Assembly (NCBI GenBank): GCA_017854795.1 | Contig: JAFMHB010000001.1 | Location: 3,753 to 67,752 of the forward strand | Length of the DNA: 64,000 nt | Source: Candidatus Nanopelagicales bacterium | Lineage (GTDB): Bacteria; Actinomycetota; Actinomycetes; S36-B12 | Direction of reading: 5' to 3' | In this document: positions 36,309-46,350 of the stretch, piece by piece | How positions within the stretch are numbered: position 1 is the first letter of the stretch | Layout: each line of letters begins with the position of its first letter | Notes under the pieces: model-generated | Seen by the model: the letters and a program-made list of their open reading frames with translations, nothing else | What the model was told of the DNA's origin: nothing | Databases searched by the model: none | Position numbers and translations under genes: made by a program

Positions 36309-37490
36309 ATGAGAGTAAGAAAGTTGGCAATTGCGGTGATTGCTGCAGGATCAGCACTCACCCTGGTCGCCTGTAGCAGTGATTCAGATACGACGACAGA
36401 AACGACAGCCGAAGCCACAGCTGTCGAAGAGAGTGCTAGCGAGACCGCCGACGGTACGGCCGATCTTGTTGCAGCAGCTCAAGCCGTCTGCGATGCGGGC
36501 AAGGCAATCCCAGCCACAACCGACATTGGTGAACCGATTGATGTCACGCCACTTGCAGGCAAGACGATCTACAGTATTCCAATTGACAGCAAGTTGGAGT
36601 TCTATCAGGTTGGCGAAGAAGCCATGCGTGGCGTTGCTGAGAAGGCCGGCGTAGAGCTCGTCACCTTCCCATCAGATGGCACCCAGACCTCTTACCAGCA
36701 GGGTTTCCAGCAGGCTATCAATGCCAAAGCTGGTGCAATCTTGTTGAACGGACCACTGCCCGAGACGCTCGCACCTCAGCTTGAAGAGGCGTTGGCTGCA
36801 GGAGTACCGGTCATCCCAGTTCACGTCACAGATTCGACCGGCGAATCCGTCCCAGGTATCACATACGAGGCATTTGCTCCGTTCAATGAATCAGCTGCGC
36901 TGATGACATACTGTGCTATCGCCGATCTTGGTGGAGAGCCTTTGAACGCACTTGTGATCGAAGCCTCAGAAACTGGTCCGTCAGCAGGCATGGTTGAAAC
37001 CATTCAGTCTGTTATCGCTTCCGGTGCACCTGCAGGATCTACAGCGACAGTCATTAACTCCCCAGTGACAAAATGGGCAACGGACATCCAGCCTGCAGTC
37101 CAGTCGGCATTGATCGCAGACGCCGGCATCAACACTGTGTTGCCGATCTATGACTCGATGGCGCTCTTCGCAGCACCAGGTATCGAGCAGGCTGCACCAG
37201 ATCGCAACATCGGTATCTACACCTTCAACGGCACCCCAGCCGTGATGGCGTTGATCCCGGACGGTGTCGTACGAGTAGACATCGCTGAAAACCCAGACTG
37301 GGTCGCTTACGTGAACATCGACACCGCGTTCCGCGCCATGTTGAATGTTCCGCCAACACCCAAAGCCTCAGGCCCGATCCGTGCGATTAATGCATCGAAC
37401 GTAGCCGAGACTGGTAATCCACCCGAGGTCAATAAGGGCTTCGGCGACGAGTACCCAGCTGCTTACCTGCAGCTTTGGGGTCTCGGATGA
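36309..37490 (+). CDS. ABC transporter substrate-binding lipoprotein (type I PBP, sugar/CUT2-like)
   Basis: Start ATG 36309 behind ggaga. Lipobox 'LTLVAC'. Acidic Ser/Thr linker, then a periplasmic-binding-protein-like body. Confidence 0.7.
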   Translation: MRVRKLAIAVIAAGSALTLVACSSDSDTTTETTAEATAVEESASETADGTADLVAAAQAVCDAGKAIPATTDIGEPIDVTPLAGKTIYSIPIDSKLEFYQVGEEAMRGVAEKAGVELVTFPSDGTQTSYQQGFQQAINAKAGAILLNGPLPETLAPQLEEALAAGVPVIPVHVTDSTGESVPGITYEAFAPFNESAALMTYCAIADLGGEPLNALVIEASETGPSAGMVETIQSVIASGAPAGSTATVINSPVTKWATDIQPAVQSALIADAGINTVLPIYDSMALFAAPGIEQAAPDRNIGIYTFNGTPAVMALIPDGVVRVDIAENPDWVAYVNIDTAFRAMLNVPPTPKASGPIRAINASNVAETGNPPEVNKGFGDEYPAAYLQLWGLG

Positions 37491-39094
37491 TCGATCCGCA
37501 CACAGCGGACTCCAACAGTGGGGGTGTCTTTGACACCCCCACTGCAGGGGCCTTCACTCCAGGGGCTTTGTTGTCCATTCGTGGCGTTTCCAAGCACTTT
37601 GGAGGAAGCGTCGCACTGAAGGACGTTGATCTGGACATTATGCCCGGCGAAATCCACGGATTACTTGGCGCGAACGGATCCGGAAAATCGACTATCATTA
37701 AAATTCTTGCTGGTTTTCATGAGCCTGACGCTGGCGACTTCTGGATTCACGGTCAGCAAGTAAATACACCTTTCGGTGCGGGCGGTTTGCGTCATAAAGG
37801 AGTGGGCTTCGTCCACCAAGATCTTGGTCAAGTTCCTAATGCGTCGGTGCTCGAACATATGGTTCTTGATGCTCAGACTGAAAACCGCGGCCTAACGCGG
37901 ATTAATTGGCGCCTTGAACGAGATCGCGTGCAGGGTTTACTCGATCGGTACGAGCTCGACATAAGTCTTGACGCTCCCATTGACGCTCTCTATCCAGTGC
38001 AGCGCGCGCTTGTCGCGATTGTGCGCGCAATAAGTTCGCAAGAGGAATACGTGCAGGCCGGCAATGCCGGAGCGACTCTCCTCATTCTCGACGAACCCAC
38101 TGTTTTCTTGCCTAAGCACGAGGTTGATCAACTTTTCGTCATGATGCGTCGTTTGAAGGATCAAGGTTCGTCGGTGCTCTTTGTCTCTCACGACATCGAT
38201 GAAGTTCTTACGATCACCGATCGAGTTTCTGTGCTGCGTGATGGAAAGAATGCGGGCAGTCGCGTTACCAATGACTCCACTCGTGAGCAAATCGTGGAAA
38301 TGATTTTGGGTGGACGTTTCGAACATATTTCGCGCACCTTCACAGCCACAGATGAAAGCGCACAGCTTGTTTTGTCCACTAGTGGGTTGAAGGGGCACAG
38401 GGCGGTCGACGTTAGTTTCGATGTTCGCAAAGGCGAAGTCGTAGGTTTGACAGGTCTTGCGGGATCTGGTTTTGAGGAAATCACGGATTTGATTTACGGT
38501 TCTCGAAAACTTGAAGGGGGTTCGATTCTCGTTTATGGTGCGGATGTTCGAAAGCCTGCTCCGGACTCGATGATGAACCGCGGGGTGGTACTTATCCCAG
38601 CAGATCGAAAAGGACAGGGTGGTGCACTTTCCTTGACGGTTCTAGAAAACATGGCCCTACCCTCGCTTAGTACGCAGTCCAAGGGTTGGCGAATCAAATG
38701 GCGTCAACTTCGACAAAGAATGGCGAGTGTATGTCGCGAACTTCGAGTGGTACCCGACAACGTTGACGCACTATTTGGCAACCTCAGCGGGGGGAACCAG
38801 CAAAAAGCCCTGATGGGGAAATGGCTCGATCAAGAACCGCAACTGATGCTCCTCAATGAACCGACTCAAGGTGTTGATATTGGAGCTCGAATGGACATCT
38901 TTAGGTTAATCCGAAGTGCAGTTGATGAAAAGGGTATGGGTGTCGTTTGCGCCACGTCCGATTACGAGCAACTCGTTGAGATCGCGGATCGCGTTCTCAT
39001 TTTGAGCCAAGGGAGAATCCGAGGAGAGATCGTCGGTCAGGAAATAACAAAGGACGCGCTAGCAGCCGCGATCTATGCCGAGGAGGCCGCATGA
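37487..39094 (+). CDS. ABC transporter ATP-binding protein, duplicated NBD (CUT2 type)
   Basis: Walker A 'GANGSGKST'. Second-domain signature 'LSGGNQQK', 'LLNEPTQGVD'. ATGA overlap with the SBP stop. Confidence 0.85.
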   Translation: MIDPHTADSNSGGVFDTPTAGAFTPGALLSIRGVSKHFGGSVALKDVDLDIMPGEIHGLLGANGSGKSTIIKILAGFHEPDAGDFWIHGQQVNTPFGAGGLRHKGVGFVHQDLGQVPNASVLEHMVLDAQTENRGLTRINWRLERDRVQGLLDRYELDISLDAPIDALYPVQRALVAIVRAISSQEEYVQAGNAGATLLILDEPTVFLPKHEVDQLFVMMRRLKDQGSSVLFVSHDIDEVLTITDRVSVLRDGKNAGSRVTNDSTREQIVEMILGGRFEHISRTFTATDESAQLVLSTSGLKGHRAVDVSFDVRKGEVVGLTGLAGSGFEEITDLIYGSRKLEGGSILVYGADVRKPAPDSMMNRGVVLIPADRKGQGGALSLTVLENMALPSLSTQSKGWRIKWRQLRQRMASVCRELRVVPDNVDALFGNLSGGNQQKALMGKWLDQEPQLMLLNEPTQGVDIGARMDIFRLIRSAVDEKGMGVVCATSDYEQLVEIADRVLILSQGRIRGEIVGQEITKDALAAAIYAEEAA

Positions 39095-40101
39095 CCAACA
39101 ACAAGGCGAATACGACAGAGGCTGGATTGCAAAAGCCGAAGCGAAAGGGCCTAGATCTGGAACGCTTCGCGTTAATTGGCGTTTGGATCGTGCTGATTAT
39201 TTTCTTCGGCATTCTGCTCCCCGACACGTTCCTTACGTCGGCGAATATTTCAAATATGCTCGGTTCTCAGGCGGTTCTGCTCATTCTTGCCCTCGGATTG
39301 CTGATCCCGATGCGGGCAGGTGTTTACGACCTATCCGTGGCCTCGACTATGAACTTCTCCGCTGTGATTGTGGCAATTGGAAACGTCCAATGGGGATTAT
39401 CAATTTGGGTGGCTGTTCTTGTCGCAGTCTTCGCCGCAAGCCTGGTTGGCGTTGTCAATGGTTTCATCGTGGTGAAGTTTGGAATTGACCCGTTTATCGT
39501 GACTCTCGGCATCGGAACTGTTGTTGTGGGTCTGACTTACTGGATCTCTAATGCGCGCACGACGGTCGGTGTAGATCGAAGCCTGTCCGACTTCGTTTTG
39601 GCAAAGCCATTTCTCGCTATTCCGGTTGACGTTTATTACGCGCTCGCACTCTGCTTTGTGGTGTGGTACATCTTTCAATACACAGCTTTCGGACAGAGAC
39701 TGCTCTTCGTGGGACAAAACCCTGAAGTTGCACGACTCAATGGCGTTCCAGTTGGCCGTACGCGCTGGACGTCCCTGATCGCCTCTGCATTTGTGGCAGG
39801 TATTGCAGGCGCGGTTTTTGTGGGCACCACTGGTAGCGCCGATCCCACTGCAGGCCAGGCCTTTCTGCTCCCCGCTTTCGCGGCGGTCTTCCTCGGATCA
39901 ACTGTGTTAAGTATCGGGCGATTCAACGCATGGGGCACCGTGATCGCTGTGTATTTCCTGGCCACAGGTATTACCGGACTGCAATTACTAGGACTCCAGC
40001 AATTCGTTCAACAACTCTTCTACGGTGGAGCGCTCGTTATTGCTGTCGTTCTTTCCAAGATTGTTCGCTCGCGTAGCGAACGACAAGCCGGGGCCGGCTA
40101 A
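39091..40101 (+). CDS. ABC transporter permease (RbsC/BPD_transp_2 type)
   Basis: About 9 hydrophobic helices. 'GVYDLSVAS', 'GQNPEVARLNGVPV' typical of CUT2 permeases. Confidence 0.8.
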   Translation: MTNNKANTTEAGLQKPKRKGLDLERFALIGVWIVLIIFFGILLPDTFLTSANISNMLGSQAVLLILALGLLIPMRAGVYDLSVASTMNFSAVIVAIGNVQWGLSIWVAVLVAVFAASLVGVVNGFIVVKFGIDPFIVTLGIGTVVVGLTYWISNARTTVGVDRSLSDFVLAKPFLAIPVDVYYALALCFVVWYIFQYTAFGQRLLFVGQNPEVARLNGVPVGRTRWTSLIASAFVAGIAGAVFVGTTGSADPTAGQAFLLPAFAAVFLGSTVLSIGRFNAWGTVIAVYFLATGITGLQLLGLQQFVQQLFYGGALVIAVVLSKIVRSRSERQAGAG

Positions 40102-40112
40102 AACAGCCGGCC
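40092..40112 (+). terminator. GC-rich hairpin overlapping the permease stop (terminator-like, no U-tract)
   Basis: ggccggct-aaaac-agccggcc, an 8-bp perfect stem. Confidence 0.35.
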
Positions 40113-40198
40113 GCAATCCACGTCAGCCTCACTAATTAAACAAAACTAATCCAAAACGACCCATCGGTACACGACCAACAGAACGACGAAAGGGCACG

Positions 40199-41323
40199 GT
40201 GAAGACCATGAAGGCTAAGGGTGCTGTTATTCACGCAATTGGCGAGGACTGGAAGGTTGAAGATCTCGAACTGGATGAACCTGGCGAGAATGAAGTATTG
40301 ATTAAGGTCATGGCCAGTGGACTCTGCCATTCCGATGATCACTTTGTCACGGGAGACATTCCTGTCACGCTGCCCATGATCGGCGGCCACGAAGGCGCCG
40401 GAATTGTTGAGCGCGTAGGTTCCAAAGTGACGCGGGTCAAACCAGGAGATCACGTTGCGACGCTTTTTATCCCCTCGTGTGGAACGTGCCGATACTGCGC
40501 TCGCGGCCAGTCCTACATCTGCAATAACGGTGCCGGCATGGAGCATGGTCTTGCGATGGATGGAACACCTCGGTTCCACTTAGCGGACTCAGGTGCCGGG
40601 ATTGGTGGGGTAACTCGTTTGGGTACTTTTTCGAACTATCTCGTATGTCACGAAACACAGACGGTAAAGCTTCCTGAAGATATCCCATTTGAGCTTGCCT
40701 GCTTAGTCTCGTGTGGTGTGGCGACTGGATATGGCGCGGCGGTGAACGGTGCGAAGGTACGCCCCGGCGATGTCGTATTGATCGTCGGCGCAGGTGGCGT
40801 GGGCATGAATGCGGTCCAAGGAGCCCGTCACGCTGGAGCCGACCACATCATCGTGGTGGACCCAGTTCAGTACAAGCGTGATCGCGCCCCTGAGTTCGGT
40901 GCCACAGACACATTTGCCTCGTTGGAAGAGGCACAGTCCCGAATTGATTCACTTACCAACGGGCAGGGTGTTGACTCGGCGATTATTACAGTCGGTCGTG
41001 TCGACGGTGAGATATTGGGCGCGGTCTTTGACCGAGTGGGAAAGGCGGGCATTTGCATTCTTGTTTCCGTAGGGTCCTACGACAGGAGTCTGTCGGTCAG
41101 TCCGCAGGATCTCACTAACTTTGCCAAGTCCATCAAGGGTGTCATGTACGGAGACTGCAATCCCAGCGTCGACATTCCTCGGTTACTACAGATGTACGTC
41201 GATGGTTCGATCAAACTCGACCCGCTGGTCACGCGCACATACTCATTAGATGAAATCAATCAGGGCTTCGCTGACATGCATTCAGGCGCCAACATCCGCG
41301 GCGTACTCGTCCACGACCACTAA
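40199..41323 (+). CDS. Zn-dependent alcohol dehydrogenase, nicotinoprotein / mycofactocin-partner-like
   Basis: 'GLCHSDDH', 'GGHEGAGIVERVG', 'CGTCRYCARGQSYIC', 'IVGAGGVG'. N-terminus resembles the second copy at 50437-51546. Confidence 0.75.
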   Translation: MKTMKAKGAVIHAIGEDWKVEDLELDEPGENEVLIKVMASGLCHSDDHFVTGDIPVTLPMIGGHEGAGIVERVGSKVTRVKPGDHVATLFIPSCGTCRYCARGQSYICNNGAGMEHGLAMDGTPRFHLADSGAGIGGVTRLGTFSNYLVCHETQTVKLPEDIPFELACLVSCGVATGYGAAVNGAKVRPGDVVLIVGAGGVGMNAVQGARHAGADHIIVVDPVQYKRDRAPEFGATDTFASLEEAQSRIDSLTNGQGVDSAIITVGRVDGEILGAVFDRVGKAGICILVSVGSYDRSLSVSPQDLTNFAKSIKGVMYGDCNPSVDIPRLLQMYVDGSIKLDPLVTRTYSLDEINQGFADMHSGANIRGVLVHDH

Positions 41324-41369
41324 TCCTCGTTCATTTAATCAACCACAAGGCTAAGGGAGTTCTCAGATC

Positions 41370-42851
41370 ATGAGCATAGATATTTCAACGCAGGCAGCCA
41401 AGAGCATCAAACACACCAGATTGTTCATCGATGGCCAATTCGTCGATGCACTTGACGGCGCGGAATTCGACAGCATCAATCCATCAACGGGAGAAGTGAT
41501 CACCAAGGTTTCCGAGGCGAAGGAAGCAGATGTTGATCGGGCCGTAGCTGCAGCACGCAGGGCATTTGACAGTGGTCCATGGCGCACCATGACCCCGGCC
41601 AAGCGAGCAGCCGCATTGTGGCGCCTGGGCGATCTTCTGTTGGAGAATGCGAAGGAATTGGCAACAATCGAGACGCTTGATCAGGGAAAACCATATTGGT
41701 TGGCCGAGGTCAGTGACATTCCATCGGCTGCAGGACTGTTCCATTACATGTCCGGCTGGGCCACCAAGATCGAGGGAAACACGATTCCCATCTCGGCTCC
41801 GGGTAATTACCACTCGTACACGCGTCGCGAAGCAATCGGCGTTGTTGGCTTGATCGTGCCGTGGAACTTCCCATTGGTGATCACCGCATGGAAGGTCGCA
41901 CCCGCACTTGCCGCGGGAAATACCGTGGTACTCAAACCTGCTGAGCAAACACCCCTCTCGGCTCTTGCACTTGCTGAGCTTGCCTTGGAAGCGGGAATCC
42001 CACCCGGTGTGCTCAACGTTGTTCCAGGCTTTGGACCAACTGCCGGCGCTGCCCTGACCGCGCACCCCGACGTCGACAAGGTTTCCTTTACCGGATCCAC
42101 AGCCACAGGTCGTCGCATTATGCAGGCGGCCCAGGGCAACCTCAAGAAGCTGACCTTGGAATTGGGGGGTAAGAGCGCCAATATTATTTTCCCCGATGCC
42201 AACTTGGAAAAAGCAATAGCAGGATCAAAGGACGGTATTTTCTTTAACGCAGGCCAAGCTTGTGCGGCCGGCTCACGTCTTTACGTACACGAAGATATCT
42301 TCGACGAGTTCGTGGGTGGCCTGAAGACAATGGCCGAAGGTATCAAGGTCGGAGACGGTTTCGATCCAACGAGTGAGATTGGTCCATTGGCGAGTTTGGA
42401 GCACTTCGAGCGCGTCAGTGGCTACCTCTCAACCGGTGTCGCCGAAGGGGCGAAGGCCATAACCGGTGGAGTTCGGGTCGGTGACAGGGGCTACTTTGTC
42501 GCACCAACGATTTTCACTGACGCCGCACCGGATTCCACGATCATTCAAGAGGAAATCTTCGGCCCTGTTGTGGTTGCAACCAAATTCCGGGACACAGATG
42601 AAGTCGTAGCTTTAGCGAATGACACTCGTTTTGGTCTGGCGGCTGGCATTTGGTCCAATGATGTTTCAACGGTGCATAACGTTGCCGCTCGATTGCGTGC
42701 GGGCACAGTGTGGGCAAACTGCTACGGCGTTTTTGACCCGGCCCTGCCATTCGGTGGATATAAAGAGTCTGGTTGGGGTCGCGAGATGGGACACGAGGTA
42801 CTCAACTACTTTACGGAGGTCAAGACCGTCATCGTCAGTGTGGATGAATAG
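41370..42851 (+). CDS. NAD(P)-dependent aldehyde dehydrogenase
   Basis: 'VPWNFPL', 'ELGGKSA', catalytic 'FNAGQACAAGSR', 'EEIFGPV'. Confidence 0.9.
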   Translation: MSIDISTQAAKSIKHTRLFIDGQFVDALDGAEFDSINPSTGEVITKVSEAKEADVDRAVAAARRAFDSGPWRTMTPAKRAAALWRLGDLLLENAKELATIETLDQGKPYWLAEVSDIPSAAGLFHYMSGWATKIEGNTIPISAPGNYHSYTRREAIGVVGLIVPWNFPLVITAWKVAPALAAGNTVVLKPAEQTPLSALALAELALEAGIPPGVLNVVPGFGPTAGAALTAHPDVDKVSFTGSTATGRRIMQAAQGNLKKLTLELGGKSANIIFPDANLEKAIAGSKDGIFFNAGQACAAGSRLYVHEDIFDEFVGGLKTMAEGIKVGDGFDPTSEIGPLASLEHFERVSGYLSTGVAEGAKAITGGVRVGDRGYFVAPTIFTDAAPDSTIIQEEIFGPVVVATKFRDTDEVVALANDTRFGLAAGIWSNDVSTVHNVAARLRAGTVWANCYGVFDPALPFGGYKESGWGREMGHEVLNYFTEVKTVIVSVDE

Positions 42852-42905
42852 CAGGACTCGGTGCGGTTGAGTAGGGGGATCTAGTGTGGATGAATAGGGG
42901 AAACT

Positions 42906-43601
42906 GTGCTTAACGAGTCAGTCATCGATATCAGCAAGGCGAGTCTGGCCAATCAGGTTGAGGTCACCCTGCGACACCAGATTGTCCGGGGTGAAAAGTC
43001 TCCGGGATCCAGACTCAATGAGGTTGAGATCGCGCGTGAACTTGGGGTAAGCAGGGGTCCCGTTCGGGAGGCGATGCAACGTTTGGCGCGCGACGGCCTG
43101 GTCGTAATGGAGATGCACCGTGGGGCATTTGTACGCAGTTTGGATTTCCAAGAACTTCGTCAACTTTTCGAAGTGAGGGCGGGGCTTGAGTCAGAGGCTG
43201 CAGCGCTTGCTGCAATGCGCATTGATGATGAAGGAATCAGGATGCTTCTCGTGATGCAAGACGAAACGAGTGCTTACGTTAATGAGCAGGAAAATGCGGC
43301 CTATCCTGATCAGATCGATCTGCACCGTTTAGTGGCTCGGTTCTCCCAAAATGATCGTATCTCGCACATGCTGGATCTGATTAATGGCGAACTTCGCCTT
43401 GCGCGTTCGCGATCGGGGGCAACAGCTGAGCGTGCCCGAAAGGCGGTTCAAGAGCATCAATTTCTCATTGAGCAGTTGATCGCTCGCAACGCCGACGGAG
43501 CACGGGTCGCAATGCGCGACCACATCAACCACGCGTACGCAAATGTGATGCAGACAATTCATGAAAATGAAAACTCGGTTTCTGGTAACGGACAGGTCTA
43601 A
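42906..43601 (+). CDS. GntR-family (FadR/FCD) transcriptional regulator
   Basis: wHTH 'RLNEVEIARELGVSRGPVREAMQRLARDGLV' plus a helical FCD C-domain. Confidence 0.8.
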   Translation: MLNESVIDISKASLANQVEVTLRHQIVRGEKSPGSRLNEVEIARELGVSRGPVREAMQRLARDGLVVMEMHRGAFVRSLDFQELRQLFEVRAGLESEAAALAAMRIDDEGIRMLLVMQDETSAYVNEQENAAYPDQIDLHRLVARFSQNDRISHMLDLINGELRLARSRSGATAERARKAVQEHQFLIEQLIARNADGARVAMRDHINHAYANVMQTIHENENSVSGNGQV

Positions 43602-43602
43602 C

Positions 43603-44676
43603 GTGCCCAACCTCTTTGACCCACTCACACTTGGAAGCGCCGTGATGCGCAATCGAATTGCGATGGCCCCCATGACCCGCAACCGTGCGGATGAGAACGG
43701 CGTTCCCTCCCCTTTCGCCGTCGAATATTACCGGCAGAGAGCTGGAGCGGGCCTGATCATCACCGAGGCAACCCAGCCTTCTGAGACAGGGCGTGGGTAC
43801 GCCGGGACACCGGGATTGCACTCAGACGAACAACAGGCTGCCTGGAAACAGATCGCTGACGCTGTGCACGGTGAAGGCGGTTTGATCTACCTTCAACTGA
43901 TGCACACGGGGCGCATAGGGCACTCGTCTCTTCTCCCGTCAGGGCGACAGATCATGGCGCCGAGTGCGGTTCGAGCCGAAATGGATGTCGCAACCGCTAC
44001 TGGCGAAATGGTCCCCGCCGAGGTGCCGTTAGAGATGTCCACATCGGATATTGAGTCGGTGATTACCGACTTTGCCGACTCAGCCGAACGCGCCATCGCT
44101 GCAGGCCTTGATGGAGTGGAATTGCACGGAGCCAATGGTTATCTCCTCCACCAGTTTTTATCCTCACACACAAATCGGCGCACTGACGAATACGGCGGGA
44201 GTGTGTCGGGGCTGGGTCGATTCGTTGTCGAACTCGTCACGGCTGTCGCCGACCGGATCGGTGGGAATCGACTCGGGCTGCGTCTCTCCCCTGGTGGGAA
44301 GTTCAACGACATGCATGACACAAATAATGAGGAGACATACGTTGAACTAGTACGGCAACTTGATGGACTGGGCCTGAGTTACCTTCACACGCTCCGAGGA
44401 CGACCCACACCGCTGCACGATCAATTGCGGGCGATCTGGAACAGCGTTTACATGGTTAATACTGGGTATCAAGGATCCAGCGAGTTTGACGTCCTGAATC
44501 AACTGATCGTTGACAAAGTTGCTGACTGTGTCAGCGTGGGGCGTCTTTTTATATCCAACCCTGATCTGGTCACACGTTGGCGAAATTCATTACCACTCGC
44601 GCCGTGGGATGAGGACACTTTTTATTTCGGAACAGAAAAAGGCTACACCGACTATCCGAATGCAGAAACAGCCTGA
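43603..44676 (+). CDS. Old Yellow Enzyme-family alkene reductase (NemA-like)
   Basis: GTG start 43603, just after the GntR stop. 'RIAMAPMTRNRA', 'LMHTGR', 'GVELHGANGYLLHQF'. Confidence 0.8.
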   Translation: MPNLFDPLTLGSAVMRNRIAMAPMTRNRADENGVPSPFAVEYYRQRAGAGLIITEATQPSETGRGYAGTPGLHSDEQQAAWKQIADAVHGEGGLIYLQLMHTGRIGHSSLLPSGRQIMAPSAVRAEMDVATATGEMVPAEVPLEMSTSDIESVITDFADSAERAIAAGLDGVELHGANGYLLHQFLSSHTNRRTDEYGGSVSGLGRFVVELVTAVADRIGGNRLGLRLSPGGKFNDMHDTNNEETYVELVRQLDGLGLSYLHTLRGRPTPLHDQLRAIWNSVYMVNTGYQGSSEFDVLNQLIVDKVADCVSVGRLFISNPDLVTRWRNSLPLAPWDEDTFYFGTEKGYTDYPNAETA

Positions 44677-44724
44677 ACTAACTCCCAAATCAATGAAGTA
44701 CTACATTAAAAAAAGGAGCACACC

Positions 44725-45450
44725 ATGAAAGAACTTGAAGGTTTCGTCGTAGTCGTAACAGGTGCGGCATCCGGAATTGGTGAAGCATGTGTTACCGCCT
44801 TTGAAGATCGTGGGGCCAACGTGGTTGCCTGGGATTTGACCGGTACCGCATCCGCAGGTCCGGTTGATGTAAGCGATTCGGTAGCGGTTCGTGCTGCGGC
44901 AGAGCAGGTGCGGGAAAAATTTGGGCGAGTTGACGTTCTTGTTAACTGCGCTGGAGTTATCACCGCCAATCTCCCGCTACAAGAGGTAAACCCGGATGAC
45001 TTTCAGCGAAATTTCTCCGTGAACGTTATGGGAGTTGTAAACACGAGTCAGGCGGTCTACCCATTGATGTCGCAGTCATCACATGGCGCGATCGTGAACG
45101 TGGCATCTCAGGCGGCCCTTGTTTGTCTGCCTAGTCAATCCGCCTACTCTGCATCCAAGGGTGCTGTCGCCGCTTTGACCCGCGCATCGGCTATCGATTG
45201 GGCTGCCGAGGGCATCCGGGTCAACGCCGTATGTCCCGGCTTTACTGCTACCCCGATGGCCATGGGTCAAATGACGCCGGAACTCGATGCCGCCGTTTCC
45301 CGCAGAGTGCCCCTCGGTCGAATCTTCCAGCCATCTGAAATGGCTGAAGCGATCGTTTTCCTTGCAAGTCCGCGCGCATCGGCAATCACGGGTGTCGTGC
45401 TTCCTGTCGATGGTGGCTGGACTGCGGGCGAGCCTGCACTTCCTATGTAA
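44725..45450 (+). CDS. SDR-family oxidoreductase
   Basis: 'VVTGAASGIG', 'YSASKGAV'. RBS aaggag upstream. Confidence 0.85.
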   Translation: MKELEGFVVVVTGAASGIGEACVTAFEDRGANVVAWDLTGTASAGPVDVSDSVAVRAAAEQVREKFGRVDVLVNCAGVITANLPLQEVNPDDFQRNFSVNVMGVVNTSQAVYPLMSQSSHGAIVNVASQAALVCLPSQSAYSASKGAVAALTRASAIDWAAEGIRVNAVCPGFTATPMAMGQMTPELDAAVSRRVPLGRIFQPSEMAEAIVFLASPRASAITGVVLPVDGGWTAGEPALPM

Positions 45451-45499
45451 CGTGTCTGCTTTTCGCAGATGAATCGAACTCTCGAGATTGGAGTCACAG

Positions 45500-46261
45500 A
45501 TGAGGTTCAGTAATCAAGTTGCCATTGTCACGGGTGCAGGTTCTGGCATTGGTGAGGCTACGGCTTACCGACTGTCCGCGGAGGGCGCGCATGTGGTTCT
45601 GGTCGGGCGCAGGCGCGAGGCGCTCGAGTCTGTTGCGGCGAAGTGTGCGAGTCCGACCACGGTGTTACCGCTCGACGTGACCATAAAGGCCGACGTCGAC
45701 ACCGCACTTCCTGCCTTGCTCGCGCAGGTCGGATCGCCCAGTGTCGTTGTTCATTCCGCAGGCCAAACAATTGTCGGGGCCTTGGACGAACTCACCGTTG
45801 AAGAATGGGACAGTCAGTTTGACGTCAATCTCAAAAGTATTTATCTGGTGAACAAGCATCTGTGGCCGGCAATGAAAGCTGGTGGTGGCAGCATCGTGAT
45901 GGTTGCATCGACGGCGTCTTTCGCAGCTTTTCCGCAGGACGCGGCATACGTCGCATCCAAGGGTGCGGTACTTGCTTTGACAAAGGCCATGGCCCTCGAT
46001 GGTGCGTCCGTTGGAATTCGAGTCAATGCGGTCTGCCCAGGTTTCATTCTCACTCCGAATCTTCAAGGCTATTTCGATGCTCAAGACGACCCCGAGGCTG
46101 TTGCTCGCGGTGCTGCGATGTCCGCGCCCTTGGGACGCATGGGGACACCAGCTGATGTTGCCGGCACAATTTCATTCCTTGCTTCGGAAGATGCAGCGTT
46201 CGTTACAGGTGCAAGTTTGCTCGTTGATGGCGGCCTGATGGCGAAGGTACCGACTTCTTAA
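45500..46261 (+). CDS. SDR-family oxidoreductase
   Basis: 'AIVTGAGSGIG', 'YVASKGAV'. Start ATG 45500 behind ggag. Confidence 0.85.
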   Translation: MRFSNQVAIVTGAGSGIGEATAYRLSAEGAHVVLVGRRREALESVAAKCASPTTVLPLDVTIKADVDTALPALLAQVGSPSVVVHSAGQTIVGALDELTVEEWDSQFDVNLKSIYLVNKHLWPAMKAGGGSIVMVASTASFAAFPQDAAYVASKGAVLALTKAMALDGASVGIRVNAVCPGFILTPNLQGYFDAQDDPEAVARGAAMSAPLGRMGTPADVAGTISFLASEDAAFVTGASLLVDGGLMAKVPTS

Positions 46262-46278
46262 ATGCGCGTTACGCATTT
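46260..46278 (+). terminator. short hairpin after the SDR gene (weak terminator candidate)
   Basis: aaatgcg-cgtta-cgcattt, overlapping the TAA stop. Confidence 0.3.
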
Positions 46279-46350
46279 CGCGCGCACGGCCAACGTAAAC
46301 ATTTCTTGTGTAAAAGAATCTTGACACGCTATTGAAAAGAGTTAATCGAA

